DNA from: a virus
DNA: 64,000 nucleotides
Direction: 5' to 3' (one strand)
Virus record (IMG/VR): IMGVR_UViG_3300027603_000001
Location: 1-64,000 of that record
Shown piece by piece: positions 35,921-44,851 of the stretch. Position 1 is the first letter of the stretch. The number at the start of each line of letters is the position of its first letter. A program made the position numbers and the translations under genes. The notes under the pieces were generated by a model, which searched no databases, was not told the origin of the DNA, and saw only the letters and a program-made list of their open reading frames with translations.

Positions 35921-36157
35921 TTACTTGGCATGAGTAGTGCTCTGAGGCTTGGATAATTTCACGTAATTGTTAGTGGCTTTTAGTAGTCGCTTAATTGCAT
36001 TTTCCATAAGATTGTGGCGACTAGACATCTGTACGCTCCAATCAGGCGGATCGTCTCCAGTGTTGTGAAAGAGCGCGTCGGCTTTAGCAAACGCTTTGGC
36101 ATAAGCCACCGCGGCCTTGACCACCTTCCGACGCGCTACCTCAACCCTTATCGCCAT
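35921..36157 (-). CDS. hypothetical protein
   Basis: 78-aa ORF. Confidence 0.7.
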   Translation of the reverse strand: MAIRVEVARRKVVKAAVAYAKAFAKADALFHNTGDDPPDWSVQMSSRHNLMENAIKRLLKATNNYVKLSKPQSTTHAK

Positions 36158-36339
36158 TATTGAACATACTCGCGCAAAAATGATTCTAGCTCTACAATTC
36201 GCGCTTCCATTTGTTGAAGCTTGCGCTCGTAGCCTTTTTCGCTAAACGGAAACCACGCCTCAGACTTGTTGCCCTTGAAGTCCTTGGCTTCCGTGTCACG
36301 CAGGCACCAATGACCATTGATTCGTTTTTCTTCTATCAT
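36157..36339 (-). CDS. hypothetical protein
   Basis: 60-aa ORF, coupled. Confidence 0.65.
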   Translation of the reverse strand: MIEEKRINGHWCLRDTEAKDFKGNKSEAWFPFSEKGYERKLQQMEARIVELESFLREYVQ

Positions 36340-36440
36340 GTGAGTAGTCCCTTTTCCCCTGCCAGTGTGCGGACTAACTGAAGCAGAGTGGAGATGTCTT
36401 CGAGCAAAGATTCGACTCTGTTCAGTCCTGTGTCAGTCAC
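36336..36440 (-). CDS. possible 34-aa ORF
   Basis: GTG 36440. Its TGA overlaps ATG 36339 (ATGA). It would fill an otherwise empty gap. Confidence 0.3.
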   Translation of the reverse strand: MTDTGLNRVESLLEDISTLLQLVRTLAGEKGLLT

Positions 36441-36475
36441 TAGATAAGACGCCTTTAGCCACGCTTCTATAGGCT

Positions 36476-36826
36476 CTAAGACTGCGCTTCTACTATTCCC
36501 GTGTGATAAATATTCTCCCGACCTTCAGGGTCAATCTGCATCACTCGCGCACCAACAATCCCGATCCCCGACTGACGTGCATGAGTGATAATCGCTTCCA
36601 TGAATCTCACTGCCTCATCCGCATCTAAGATATAGAATCTATTGCGCCAATTACGATAAAACAAAGCTTTGTCTTGGCGTGGAGCTGGCGCGCAGCAACT
36701 CCAGCCGCCGTCACGTGCCTGCGTCTCTACCCAGTAGCGTTGGGGCTGTTTCTCAGGTCTGCCTAATGCGCCGATCCAAATTGAGCCATCATCCGAGTTC
36801 GTCACGTAACACCCCCACGCCTGCAA
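36476..36826 (-). CDS. hypothetical protein
   Basis: 116-aa ORF with TTG start as listed in the track. Confidence 0.7.
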   Translation of the reverse strand: MQAWGCYVTNSDDGSIWIGALGRPEKQPQRYWVETQARDGGWSCCAPAPRQDKALFYRNWRNRFYILDADEAVRFMEAIITHARQSGIGIVGARVMQIDPEGRENIYHTGIVEAQS

Positions 36827-36869
36827 CGTTATACTGATTGCCGCACTTCTTACAAGTACCGGGTTGCGC

Positions 36870-37043
36870 CTTATCTGTCACGATTCATCCTCCGTAGTTC
36901 GTCGCGGATTTCACCTAATCGAGCGGCTATAAATACAAGCACGATAGAGACGCCACTGATGGCAATCACGATACCTATTGGCGCGATCTTTATCGCCTCT
37001 ACAATCTTATTCGCCGCTTCCCATGCGTCGGTTACTTGAATCA
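36870..37043 (-). CDS. possible 57-aa single-TM protein
   Basis: Not in the track. MIQVTDAWEAANKIVEAIKIAPIGIVIAISGVSIVLVFIAARLGE... It overlaps the 3' end of 37007..37243. Confidence 0.4.
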
Positions 37044-37243
37044 TTGCTATGGTGACTCCGTTTCTCCCCGCTGGCTTTCACGCATGATGGGCATGGAAAA
37101 TCAGGCCGTACTCGACAAGTAGAATCCTCGCAAACATAGTAACGCCCGCACGTAGTGCAACGATGGGTAGTTACATCTGTCGCCATGTCAGCGATCTTAT
37201 GCGGTAAATCTGGATCAGAATAAGCTACCATCGCTTCACTCAT
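37007..37243 (-). CDS. zinc-finger protein
   Basis: 78 aa with CTTCGRYYVCEDSTC..CPSC. Confidence 0.7.
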   Translation of the reverse strand: MSEAMVAYSDPDLPHKIADMATDVTTHRCTTCGRYYVCEDSTCRVRPDFPCPSCVKASGEKRSHHSNDSSNRRMGSGE

Positions 37244-37300
37244 ACCCTTTCACTCCGTTTCTCGCTGGTCGGTCGTTGAGGTTGTTCATATCGGTTCCTC

Positions 37301-37657
37301 TCAAGGAGCAAGCTGGCGACATTTCGATATAGGTACTTCAATCACATCAGCGTATTCAGCCCAATCGTAAGTGCTGTCACTTACCTCGCACCAATAGAAC
37401 CGGCCACGAGTAGCGTCACTGTACCCGTTTACAAACAGCATCTTATGTGCCGTTCCGGCGCTATCCATAACGGTTCTTTTGATGTCCTCAGAACGGAAAG
37501 TTACGTAAAAGAGACTTGGAGAATGCCGCTTATCCCATGAGCTTCGTATCCAACTTGCTGTCAAAATCGCTGCAACGATAACCATGAACCCAAGCACGTA
37601 AAAAAGAACAGCGGTTCTAAGCTTCCCTTTCATGGCTCCTGGTTGGGCGGTGATCAT
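37301..37657 (-). CDS. N-terminally anchored membrane protein
   Basis: 118 aa with TM segment AVLFYVLGFMVIVAAILTASWI. Confidence 0.75.
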   Translation of the reverse strand: MITAQPGAMKGKLRTAVLFYVLGFMVIVAAILTASWIRSSWDKRHSPSLFYVTFRSEDIKRTVMDSAGTAHKMLFVNGYSDATRGRFYWCEVSDSTYDWAEYADVIEVPISKCRQLAP

Positions 37658-37917
37658 ACCTTCCTTCGGTTCAAATACCTACGCAGTCTCACAGTAAATA
37701 CCCAGAGCAGAATGACAGCAATAACGTTCCAAACATTTACCTCATAAACAATCTCGTTGCTTTCATAGGGCGGCGTGCCATATCTGCGAAACCTGACGCC
37801 GTTGCAATTGAGATAGGCGTAGATTCCTGTGTGACGATATGTAGCTTCGTCGTCCGTTACCAGCCGCCAACCATCACGGTCATGGAGCATGTGGATGATT
37901 TCGGATAGGCTTAACAT
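37654..37917 (-). CDS. C-terminal-TM protein
   Basis: 87 aa with TM segment VWNVIAVILLWVFTV. Confidence 0.7.
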   Translation of the reverse strand: MLSLSEIIHMLHDRDGWRLVTDDEATYRHTGIYAYLNCNGVRFRRYGTPPYESNEIVYEVNVWNVIAVILLWVFTVRLRRYLNRRKV

Positions 37918-37965
37918 TCCTTTTCACTCTTCCTGCTGGTCATAGGGTTGATGATGGCAATCGAC

Positions 37966-38163
37966 TCAGCCGACGTAAATTTCTCGGTCATGCATCATTT
38001 CCAGAAAGTTATCCTCAGCCATGACCGCCGCCTTTGCTGCATCGCTGAACTTAACGTCATCTTTTACAAACTGAGCACTGTAAGCAATCTCCATAACAGA
38101 GAATCCCTTGTCGCTGTACCTTTGCTTAAATTCAGCTAGCGTAATTATCCTTCTGTCCGCCAT
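37966..38163 (-). CDS. hypothetical protein
   Basis: 65-aa ORF. Confidence 0.65.
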   Translation of the reverse strand: MADRRIITLAEFKQRYSDKGFSVMEIAYSAQFVKDDVKFSDAAKAAVMAEDNFLEMMHDREIYVG

Positions 38164-38202
38164 AATCCTGTCTCTCTACCGCAACGGTGCGGGTGCTATC
38201 GA

Positions 38203-38541
38203 CTATTTCTTTTCCGTGACAAGTTGCTCGATTGCCGCCGCCGCTTCCTGAGGAGTCTTGATATTATTCCAAAGAAATAAGTCCTCAGCTTCGTCTTTTG
38301 TCAGCCCTAACAGCCGCCGCGCCGTATTTGCCGGATCAATCTTTCTACCGTTAGGCGAGACAAACGTATCCCACCCTCGAACCTTATAGCCTGATAAAAG
38401 CAACGCATAGCCCGCGATGCAGGCAGACGTGCCGTAAGCGGTCTTGTCGCCCCAAACCAACATATCAAAGTGCTCAGGGTGTCGCATCCTCAGAAACCGA
38501 GTCCGCAACCGTTTCAGCAATGTAATGTTTTTCTTTGGCAT
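38203..38541 (-). CDS. hypothetical protein, first gene of the lower minus-strand operon
   Basis: ATG 38541, 7 nt after SD GGGAGG. Confidence 0.75.
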   Translation of the reverse strand: MPKKNITLLKRLRTRFLRMRHPEHFDMLVWGDKTAYGTSACIAGYALLLSGYKVRGWDTFVSPNGRKIDPANTARRLLGLTKDEAEDLFLWNNIKTPQEAAAAIEQLVTEKK

Positions 38542-38628
38542 CTCAATCCTCCCTTTCAACCGTGCCGCATCCTACACCCAACGGCGGGGAGGCCCCAACC
38601 TTGCGTGTTTCTTTCTACTCCGCCGCGT

Positions 38629-38657
38629 AGACTAGCACGATGCTTGAGACTTGTCAA
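38629..38657 (-). promoter_or_regulatory. sigma70-type promoter (minus strand)
   Basis: On the minus strand: TTGACA (38657-52), 17-nt spacer, TGcTAGTCT extended -10 (-10 at 38634-29). It lies upstream of 38541. Confidence 0.6.
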
Positions 38658-38673
38658 GCACCAAGATTGACTA

Positions 38674-38702
38674 TTGACTTGAAATCGTTCTAGTGGTAGT
38701 CT
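38674..38702 (+). promoter_or_regulatory. sigma70-type promoter (plus strand), probably giving a leaderless mRNA
   Basis: TTGACT, 17 nt, TGgTAGTCT. The -10 ends 7 nt before ATG 38710, and there is no SD. Confidence 0.55.
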
Positions 38703-38709
38703 CCGCACC

Positions 38710-38907
38710 ATGTCTGACTTGCTCACCATTGCAGAGGCCGCTGATTTCATAGGCGTGTCCGACAAGGCTCTCTATTTAGCTATCGAAAAAGACCGCATCA
38801 AGCCCATTCGACTTCTCGGTAAGTTAGGCATTGATCTGGACGAGGCCAAGCGATACAAAAAGGAACGTAACAAGTCTAATGGCAACGGAAAACGAAAAGC
38901 CACATAG
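38710..38907 (+). CDS. AlpA/excisionase-type (HTH_17) DNA-binding protein
   Basis: LLTIAEAADFIGVSDKALYLAIEKDRIKPIR fits the MerR/AlpA-like HTH pattern. Confidence 0.6.
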   Translation: MSDLLTIAEAADFIGVSDKALYLAIEKDRIKPIRLLGKLGIDLDEAKRYKKERNKSNGNGKRKAT

Positions 38908-39196
38908 CGGCCCGTTTTTAGTGGGCGCAAAATACAGCAAAGATAAAAAGCGGGCGTTGCGAGCCATGGGTTTTAAGCCGCATGAAATAATTTTTCGTCA
39001 ATGTGCTCACTGTAATTGCAAGGTAATGATTCACCCTAACTCAATCGAAGAATGGAAAGATATTCAAGTAACGCTTATCTGTGGGGTTTGTGCTAAGGCA
39101 CTAGAGACAACTCAACCTCAGCCTTTATTCAAGGTTATAACACCCGCCGCTCAAGCTATTTATGAGCGAGCAATGCGACACCTGCAATCCAACTAA
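38879..39196 (+). CDS. zinc-finger protein
   Basis: CAHCNC...CGVC. Start set at ATG 38879. Confidence 0.6.
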   Translation: MATENEKPHSGPFLVGAKYSKDKKRALRAMGFKPHEIIFRQCAHCNCKVMIHPNSIEEWKDIQVTLICGVCAKALETTQPQPLFKVITPAAQAIYERAMRHLQSN

Positions 39197-39208
39197 GGAA
39201 CCCGTTCT

Positions 39209-40447
39209 ATGGCGTCACAGACCGCGTTGCGTGATGTTTTTCTAGGTAAGCACCCTTATATAAAATTCGGGCTAGGTCAATGGCGCGAGTACAAAGACGG
39301 CATCTGGGAAGAAGTGCCGGAACTTTCAGTTAAGAACAATGTTCAAACGATTGTCCAAGCAAGCCCTACGACACGAATGTCAAGTGGGGTGGTCACGTCG
39401 ATTACTGAACTACTGAAACAACGAACAGCTCTTCCTGACCGTATCTTTGATTTCAACCCAAACATTTTAGTATTCAATAATTGCTGTCTCGACCTGACCA
39501 CCTATTTATCCGTCCCTCACGCTCCGTCGTATTACGCCACCCAAAAGCTTAAATTTGATTACGATCCCGAAGCGCAATCAGTCGCATGGGACAAGGCAGT
39601 TACGTCGTTTCCGTGTGTTGACGTGCTTCAGCGGTTCGCAGGACTCGCACTAACGACCGAGACCAAGTATGAGGTTGCCTTATGGCTCCACGGGCCACCG
39701 GGCGGCGGTAAGTCTACCTTTATCATCGGCCTTGAGACAATGCTGGGGCATCGGGCTTGCGTACTAGGTCTTGACGACCTATCGCGGTCAAACTTTGCCC
39801 TCTCACAAATTCCCGGTAAAACATTGGCCGTCTCGACCGAACAGCCTGCAATTTTCGTCAAGTGCGCCCACAAACTTAACTCCTTGATTTCCGGCGAGTC
39901 TATCACCATTGAAGAGAAATTCATGCCGCGTTACACAATCCAGCCAAAGCTAAAAATCCTTTGGGCCATGAATGAACTACCCGTAATACCAAGTGGAGCT
40001 GGGGCTGGACTGTTTCGCCGTGTGTATCCAATTTATTGGCCCGCCATCCCGGAACTTGAACGCAAGCCTGAGATGAAGGATGAAATTGCGCATAGTGGGA
40101 TGGCGATTGTTAATTGGGCGCTAGAAGGACTGAAACGGTTGCAAGCTGCCAACCGATTTGAGATACCCGTCGAACTGTCTCAAGCCCGCGACACTTACCG
40201 CGAAATGGGTGACGTGACTCTGACCTTTATCACTGAATGTTGCGACCACGACGGGGAAACAGGCAGCGACGATCTTTACCGCCGTTACTCCGATTGGTGT
40301 GACCAAAATGGGCACCACGCACTCGCCAGCAACCGCTTTTCTGTCGATTTGGAGCGCTTGGGCTTTACCCGAAGGCGCAAAAACACTGGTCAATACTGGC
40401 CCGGCCTAACCCTAAAAGTGACCCTCGACAACGCTGTCGTCCATTAA
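39209..40447 (+). CDS. SF3 replicative helicase, P4/D5 primase C-terminal family
   Basis: 412 aa with Walker A WLHGPPGGGKSTFI. The overall layout resembles the phage/plasmid primase P4-family C-terminal domain. No AEP or Toprim primase domain is visible. Confidence 0.75.
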   Translation: MASQTALRDVFLGKHPYIKFGLGQWREYKDGIWEEVPELSVKNNVQTIVQASPTTRMSSGVVTSITELLKQRTALPDRIFDFNPNILVFNNCCLDLTTYLSVPHAPSYYATQKLKFDYDPEAQSVAWDKAVTSFPCVDVLQRFAGLALTTETKYEVALWLHGPPGGGKSTFIIGLETMLGHRACVLGLDDLSRSNFALSQIPGKTLAVSTEQPAIFVKCAHKLNSLISGESITIEEKFMPRYTIQPKLKILWAMNELPVIPSGAGAGLFRRVYPIYWPAIPELERKPEMKDEIAHSGMAIVNWALEGLKRLQAANRFEIPVELSQARDTYREMGDVTLTFITECCDHDGETGSDDLYRRYSDWCDQNGHHALASNRFSVDLERLGFTRRRKNTGQYWPGLTLKVTLDNAVVH

Positions 40448-40491
40448 ACCCGATTTAACACATATTGATAATGAACGACTTAGCCTTACGC

Positions 40492-40579
40492 GTGTAGGGT
40501 GTGTAGGGTCACGTATTTAAGATTATATTCTTTTCATGCACGCGTATGCCTTAAATGCTGAACCCTACACGGCTACACC
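40492..40579. repeat. inverted repeat array around an AT-rich core (candidate origin / bidirectional terminator)
   Basis: GTGTAGGGT occurs twice in tandem (40492-40509). After a 52-nt AT-rich spacer come ACCCTACAC and GGCTACACC (40562-40579). The array sits between convergent genes, right after the helicase. Confidence 0.5.
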
Positions 40580-40594
40580 AACACGGTTAAACGG

Positions 40595-41128
40595 TCACTC
40601 CACCCTTGGGGATGGTGGGTGTTCAAATTCCTCGAAGACGAAAAAGTGTTTATAGGTTTCAAGGTCAAATGGAACAGGTTCGTCTTTCTTTTCGTCCCAA
40701 TCGCACCATAAATTCTCAGCCACAGAGGTTAGCCAGAAGCACATGCCGACACATGGGGTTTGCTCTCGATGGTGGTGAAGCAATAGGCGCGATATATCTC
40801 CAGCATGGCAAACTTTATTAACTTCCCGATACGTTCCCTCGAAATCAGACCAATAAGCTGCGGCATCCTCAAACTTTGCGGCCTCGATGATTGCATAATC
40901 GAAAGTTGAAGCCAGCACGATCCGTTCAAAGGTCAGTAGGCGGGGATCGTTGACTAAGGCCCAAACCTTCTCAGCGCCTTCCGGGTTGCAAAGCCAAATG
41001 AAATTGTCACCTAGGTATTTCTTAGCTAGCGCCGACCAAGCGAACGCACCGCTACCCCACGCATTGCGCAACGATGCGATTTCTTCAACTCTGTCGGGGT
41101 ACGCGAGAAATACAGTTGTTGTGCTCAT
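40595..41128 (-). CDS. hypothetical protein
   Basis: 177-aa ORF. Confidence 0.8.
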   Translation of the reverse strand: MSTTTVFLAYPDRVEEIASLRNAWGSGAFAWSALAKKYLGDNFIWLCNPEGAEKVWALVNDPRLLTFERIVLASTFDYAIIEAAKFEDAAAYWSDFEGTYREVNKVCHAGDISRLLLHHHREQTPCVGMCFWLTSVAENLWCDWDEKKDEPVPFDLETYKHFFVFEEFEHPPSPRVE

Positions 41129-41428
41129 TTACTCCACCTCCCTCAGCAACCTATCCCGTTTCGCCCGCTCACTCGGCTCGCTATACGCATCACGGATGTC
41201 GTCGGCTAAGTAGCGCATCTCGTGCCGACCGCTACGTTCCCACTCCCTGCGCCACTCGGCCTCAGTAGCGTGACACTCTGCGCATGGCCCACCATCACTG
41301 CTGGCGGGGTTGTCACATTCGTAGGTAGGGCATCGGTTGTCGTCATCGCCATCATCATCGAGACACGGATCGTCGATCCGCTCATCCCGTTCATTCGTAC
41401 TCAGGTCGTACCAGTCCGTTGTTCTCAT
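41129..41428 (-). CDS. acidic Cys-containing protein
   Basis: Start set to ATG 41428, 2 nt after the upstream TAG. Confidence 0.7.
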   Translation of the reverse strand: MRTTDWYDLSTNERDERIDDPCLDDDGDDDNRCPTYECDNPASSDGGPCAECHATEAEWRREWERSGRHEMRYLADDIRDAYSEPSERAKRDRLLREVE

Positions 41429-41430
41429 AG

Positions 41431-42090
41431 CTATTCCAGCTCGCCCCACTGGGACGCGAAAGCCTCTGCAATACCTTGATAGGTCAACGATCTCAGTTTC
41501 CACCGAGTAGGGCTCGGCGAGAGATAATGATTTTTCTGAGCTAAAGCGGGGTCTTTTGGTAGTTCTACGATATTTGTTGGTTTCAGCTTTGGTAGTCCTT
41601 TGAGCCACAGACAGGTGGCTTTACTTTCAGGATGGCCGAATTGATAAGGCTGGATCTTTTGGTCGTACTTATGACTCGCGTTGTATCCTTCGATTCTCTC
41701 TATTGCGTACTTATGGGGAATTGGATTCTCGACAGCGATGCGCGTTATGGGTGCTTGTAGCAGGGCATTGAAAAACCCAGCGGCTTTGTCCAGTGCAATC
41801 CACCGCTCTTTACCGTAGAGCACTCCGGTTTTGGGCTTCTTCGGTGTATTCCACAACCAGGTTACTGCCGAGTTGGTAAAGTACGTGCAGGGCGGATGCG
41901 CGATCATTAGATCGAACTCGTAAGACGGGTCGCTTAACAGTTCCAGTACATCGCCCTGATAGTGGCCGTCCCAGCTATCGGTACGCGGAGACTCGCAAGG
42001 TAGAAGGTCGCACGACATCGCATCGTGCCCACGCGCAACAAACGCATCTCGCACAATCCCCGAAAATTCACACGCGACTAACACTCTCAT
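41431..42090 (-). CDS. short C5-cytosine methyltransferase-like protein
   Basis: ACEFSGIVRDAF (motif I-like), IAHPPCTYF (PC motif IV) and IAVENPIP (ENV motif VI). At only 219 aa there is no obvious target-recognition domain. Confidence 0.55.
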   Translation of the reverse strand: MRVLVACEFSGIVRDAFVARGHDAMSCDLLPCESPRTDSWDGHYQGDVLELLSDPSYEFDLMIAHPPCTYFTNSAVTWLWNTPKKPKTGVLYGKERWIALDKAAGFFNALLQAPITRIAVENPIPHKYAIERIEGYNASHKYDQKIQPYQFGHPESKATCLWLKGLPKLKPTNIVELPKDPALAQKNHYLSPSPTRWKLRSLTYQGIAEAFASQWGELE

Positions 42091-42257
42091 AGCTCCTCCA
42101 GTTCACTGACATCGCTCTCATCAAACACTCTTCCACAATGAGCACAGTAAAACCCTTCCTCATACCGTGACTCCTGGTAGCCGTCAGGTGCGGTGACGCC
42201 GGTAGGGTAATCGCCTGAGACGAATTCAAGGGCGTAGCCGTCACGGGGACAGTTCAT
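42087..42257 (-). CDS. 56-aa zinc-ribbon protein
   Basis: Not in the track. Hand translation gives MNCPRDGY...YCAHCGRVF... ATGA overlaps at both ends. Confidence 0.65.
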   Translation of the reverse strand: MNCPRDGYALEFVSGDYPTGVTAPDGYQESRYEEGFYCAHCGRVFDESDVSELEEL

Positions 42258-42460
42258 TGTTGACCACCTTCGATGATAGCTACCTGCCGCTCGTGAGACT
42301 CGTTGTACATCCTCTGCGCCGCGCTCAACCCAAACTCACTACCGGCGAAAAAGAAATAGCGGTGTTGGCGAGTGTCGAAGTCTACGTTTGGGTTAGCTCT
42401 CAACCATTGTAACTGTGCTTCGTCAAACTCTTTCTCAATTGCTTCATTGGTCATAATCAA
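42254..42460 (-). CDS. hypothetical protein
   Basis: 68-aa ORF, coupled. Confidence 0.7.
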   Translation of the reverse strand: MIMTNEAIEKEFDEAQLQWLRANPNVDFDTRQHRYFFFAGSEFGLSAAQRMYNESHERQVAIIEGGQQ

Positions 42461-42675
42461 TCTCCTTGTGTTTGCCGCATCTCAATCTCTGCGATCCGTC
42501 TCGCCGTAATCCGCATCTCAGCTTTCAACACTTCAATTTGTTGCGCCAGCTCCAACCACTGGGCTTGCAGTTGCACATGTTCACGTTCCAGGGCAATGTT
42601 GGCCCAGCGACACATGCCGCAGGGCTGTCCGTTGGCTTCGGTGCAGGTGGTACTATCGTGGATAGTGGTCATCAT
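42457..42675 (-). CDS. Cys-containing coiled-coil protein
   Basis: Start set at ATG 42675 after SD AAGGAGG. Confidence 0.7.
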   Translation of the reverse strand: MMTTIHDSTTCTEANGQPCGMCRWANIALEREHVQLQAQWLELAQQIEVLKAEMRITARRIAEIEMRQTQGD

Positions 42676-42682
42676 TCCTCCT

Positions 42683-42955
42683 TCAAACTTCTTCCGTAAT
42701 AGCTGCAAATTGTTTAGCGATACGAAAGTTGGCCCTACGTTGTAACCGTGACTGACGGGCCTTGGCTTTCACTTCGCACATAGGTTGTGGGTAGCCGACG
42801 ATTTGCCCACTTGGTAGCCGTCGATACGGTACGTTGCGGGAGTCAGTAAAGTTGGTGCGCTTGTAGCTATAGTCACCCGCAACACGGCTGCCGATTTTCA
42901 CAAAGCTCAACGGCTTACCATTAATTTGCGGATTAGTTGTAGGTTTACGTTTCAT
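42683..42955 (-). CDS. basic hypothetical protein
   Basis: 90-aa ORF. Confidence 0.7.
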   Translation of the reverse strand: MKRKPTTNPQINGKPLSFVKIGSRVAGDYSYKRTNFTDSRNVPYRRLPSGQIVGYPQPMCEVKAKARQSRLQRRANFRIAKQFAAITEEV

Positions 42956-42978
42956 TGCCGTCCCTTTCGTTGTATTAT

Positions 42979-43215
42979 CTAATCGCGTGGATCAATCCAG
43001 CGCCGCACGGGATAAGGAACCTCACATAGCATCTCCACGTAGAGATTCCCGCCCTCGGTAGGTTGATAGACATCTGCAATATCCATTGGTTCAAGTAGTC
43101 CCTTCTCAATAAATTCAGCAACAGCCTGCCTTACCGCAGGCGCATCGATTCGAGGGTGGACTACCCGTGAGCCGTAGTAGTGAATCATCACTTCAATATT
43201 GTTTGGAGTATTCAT
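42979..43215 (-). CDS. hypothetical protein
   Basis: 78-aa ORF. Confidence 0.7.
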   Translation of the reverse strand: MNTPNNIEVMIHYYGSRVVHPRIDAPAVRQAVAEFIEKGLLEPMDIADVYQPTEGGNLYVEMLCEVPYPVRRWIDPRD

Positions 43216-43251
43216 GGTTAATCCCTCTCACTGTCCCTTCCGTTTCGCCCA

Positions 43252-43482
43252 TCACAGTAAGTTCTTGCTCAACCACTCCGTGACGCATGAAGCCCCGCAC
43301 AAATGAGTCTCAGCGGTGAACTCTACCTCTGGCGTGGTCTGTGGATTCTTTCGCCGTCGTGGGTTGCTATCCCAAGCTGTCACCAGAACGCCACCAAGGC
43401 TGCATTGGTAGACCTTCCACCAGTGATTCGTTTCCTTTTTCTGTGCTTTGCAGTTGTCACAGGCGTGAGTCTCGATTTTCAT
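43252..43482 (-). CDS. zinc-finger protein
   Basis: CDNC...CGASC. Confidence 0.7.
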   Translation of the reverse strand: MKIETHACDNCKAQKKETNHWWKVYQCSLGGVLVTAWDSNPRRRKNPQTTPEVEFTAETHLCGASCVTEWLSKNLL

Positions 43483-43751
43483 GGTTGGCCTCCTCGTAGA
43501 ATGCCCTTTGCTGGCCCGTAAACGGCCCTAGAACCGATTTGCCTGTTCTGATAAGCCAATTCCTTTGACGCTAGCTCAGCCGCCAAGGGCCATAGACGGT
43601 CAAAAGTGGCTACAGCGCTGTTGTAATCGTCTAAATCCCAAGCTTTTCGGCCTGATTTGCGCATTCTGGCGTTGGCGGCGTCCATTGCAGCGGCCCACGC
43701 GAGATTTCGGGTCAGTTTTATCATGTTATTTCTGTCCGTAATACTTTCCAA
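43479..43751 (-). CDS. hypothetical protein
   Basis: 90-aa ORF with ATGA coupling. Confidence 0.7.
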   Translation of the reverse strand: MESITDRNNMIKLTRNLAWAAAMDAANARMRKSGRKAWDLDDYNSAVATFDRLWPLAAELASKELAYQNRQIGSRAVYGPAKGILRGGQP

Positions 43752-44007
43752 AATAAGGCTCGCCGGGAACGCCGTTGCGAATAACGTACACGGGAACGGT
43801 GACGGAATCGCAACCTGAGCAGCGAATCAGATGTTCATCGCTTGCGTCAGGGCCGAAGTCGCCGTCCATGTATCTAACACCTGCGCCCTGATTGCGTCCA
43901 TAGTAGTGTACGATGCACCACCAATCCTTTGCAGGCTTGTCATAGACAAACCTTACTGGGCGTCTGACAAGTTCGTATCTGTGAGTGTAGCCTTTTGGTT
44001 TGCTCAT
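43726..44007 (-). CDS. hypothetical protein
   Basis: 93-aa ORF. Confidence 0.7.
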   Translation of the reverse strand: MSKPKGYTHRYELVRRPVRFVYDKPAKDWWCIVHYYGRNQGAGVRYMDGDFGPDASDEHLIRCSGCDSVTVPVYVIRNGVPGEPYFGKYYGQK

Positions 44008-44031
44008 GGTTACTCGCCCTCCTCACCATTA

Positions 44032-44202
44032 TCACGGTAATAAGCTTTCCAATGGATAGTTCTGGATAAACACTGTCGGGGAACCGTCAAGCTTAGTGCC
44101 GTATTGGTTGAATTGATACAGCACAGTATGTGCCTGTTTGTTAGCGTCATCGTCTCGCGCGTCGCAGACAATTCGCAACCCTTCAATAACTAACTCTTTC
44201 AT
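44032..44202 (-). CDS. 56-aa hypothetical protein
   Basis: Not in the track. SD GGAGGA, 4 nt upstream of ATG 44202. Confidence 0.6.
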   Translation of the reverse strand: MKELVIEGLRIVCDARDDDANKQAHTVLYQFNQYGTKLDGSPTVFIQNYPLESLLP

Positions 44203-44305
44203 CGCATCCTCCTATGGTGACTGGTTAGTAACGATTATCTACCCGCAGCCCCACCCACACGTTGTAGACAAATATTGCCGCGGCGAATTAGTTCGAGCAT
44301 GGTGG

Positions 44306-44479
44306 TTAACTCTTCCCCGCCCACCGCGTTTTCCTTGCCTTAGCCAGTGACTTACGCGCAGCGTCACCCTTAGCTTTCGACTTGGACTTGCCGCCACGTT
44401 TACCGAGTTCCTGCATTACTTTCTTAATGGTGGATTGGTTCATAAGTTTTAATGCGCGTCTCTCCGCGCTGTCACGCAT
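44306..44479 (-). CDS. 57-aa highly basic protein (KGG-repeat type)
   Basis: Not in the track. SD AAGGAG. Sequence LGKRGGKSKSKAKGDAARKSLAKARKTRW. Confidence 0.6.
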   Translation of the reverse strand: MRDSAERRALKLMNQSTIKKVMQELGKRGGKSKSKAKGDAARKSLAKARKTRWAGKS

Positions 44480-44509
44480 CGTTGCTCCTTAGCTGGCCGC
44501 GTTCCCACA

Positions 44510-44851
44510 TTAAAGTTCTCTCTGATCATTCTGGATCAAGTCTTTAGCCCTCGCGTGTGGGCATTTAGGTTCTGTCTCAAAATATCCGTGAGCCTGACAG
44601 TAGCCGTGATGATCGAGCGAACACGGATCGGGATCGGTTAGCTCCCTGAGCAATGCTTGGATCGTTTTCAGTTTGGCTTGATAGTCAGCCAATGATTGCC
44701 ATTCGCATTCTCGCGCTTCTCGTAGTAATGGTTTATCCGCTAGATTCACAAGTGCATCTCTGACAATCCCTTCGCAGCTACCGTCAGATCGAAACCGTTG
44801 CATGATTTCAAAGACTGATAAATCATCTATCTTTAGATCAATCTCGCTCAT
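44510..44851 (-). CDS. hypothetical protein
   Basis: Start set at ATG 44851 (TAATG coupling). Confidence 0.7.
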   Translation of the reverse strand: MSEIDLKIDDLSVFEIMQRFRSDGSCEGIVRDALVNLADKPLLREARECEWQSLADYQAKLKTIQALLRELTDPDPCSLDHHGYCQAHGYFETEPKCPHARAKDLIQNDQREL

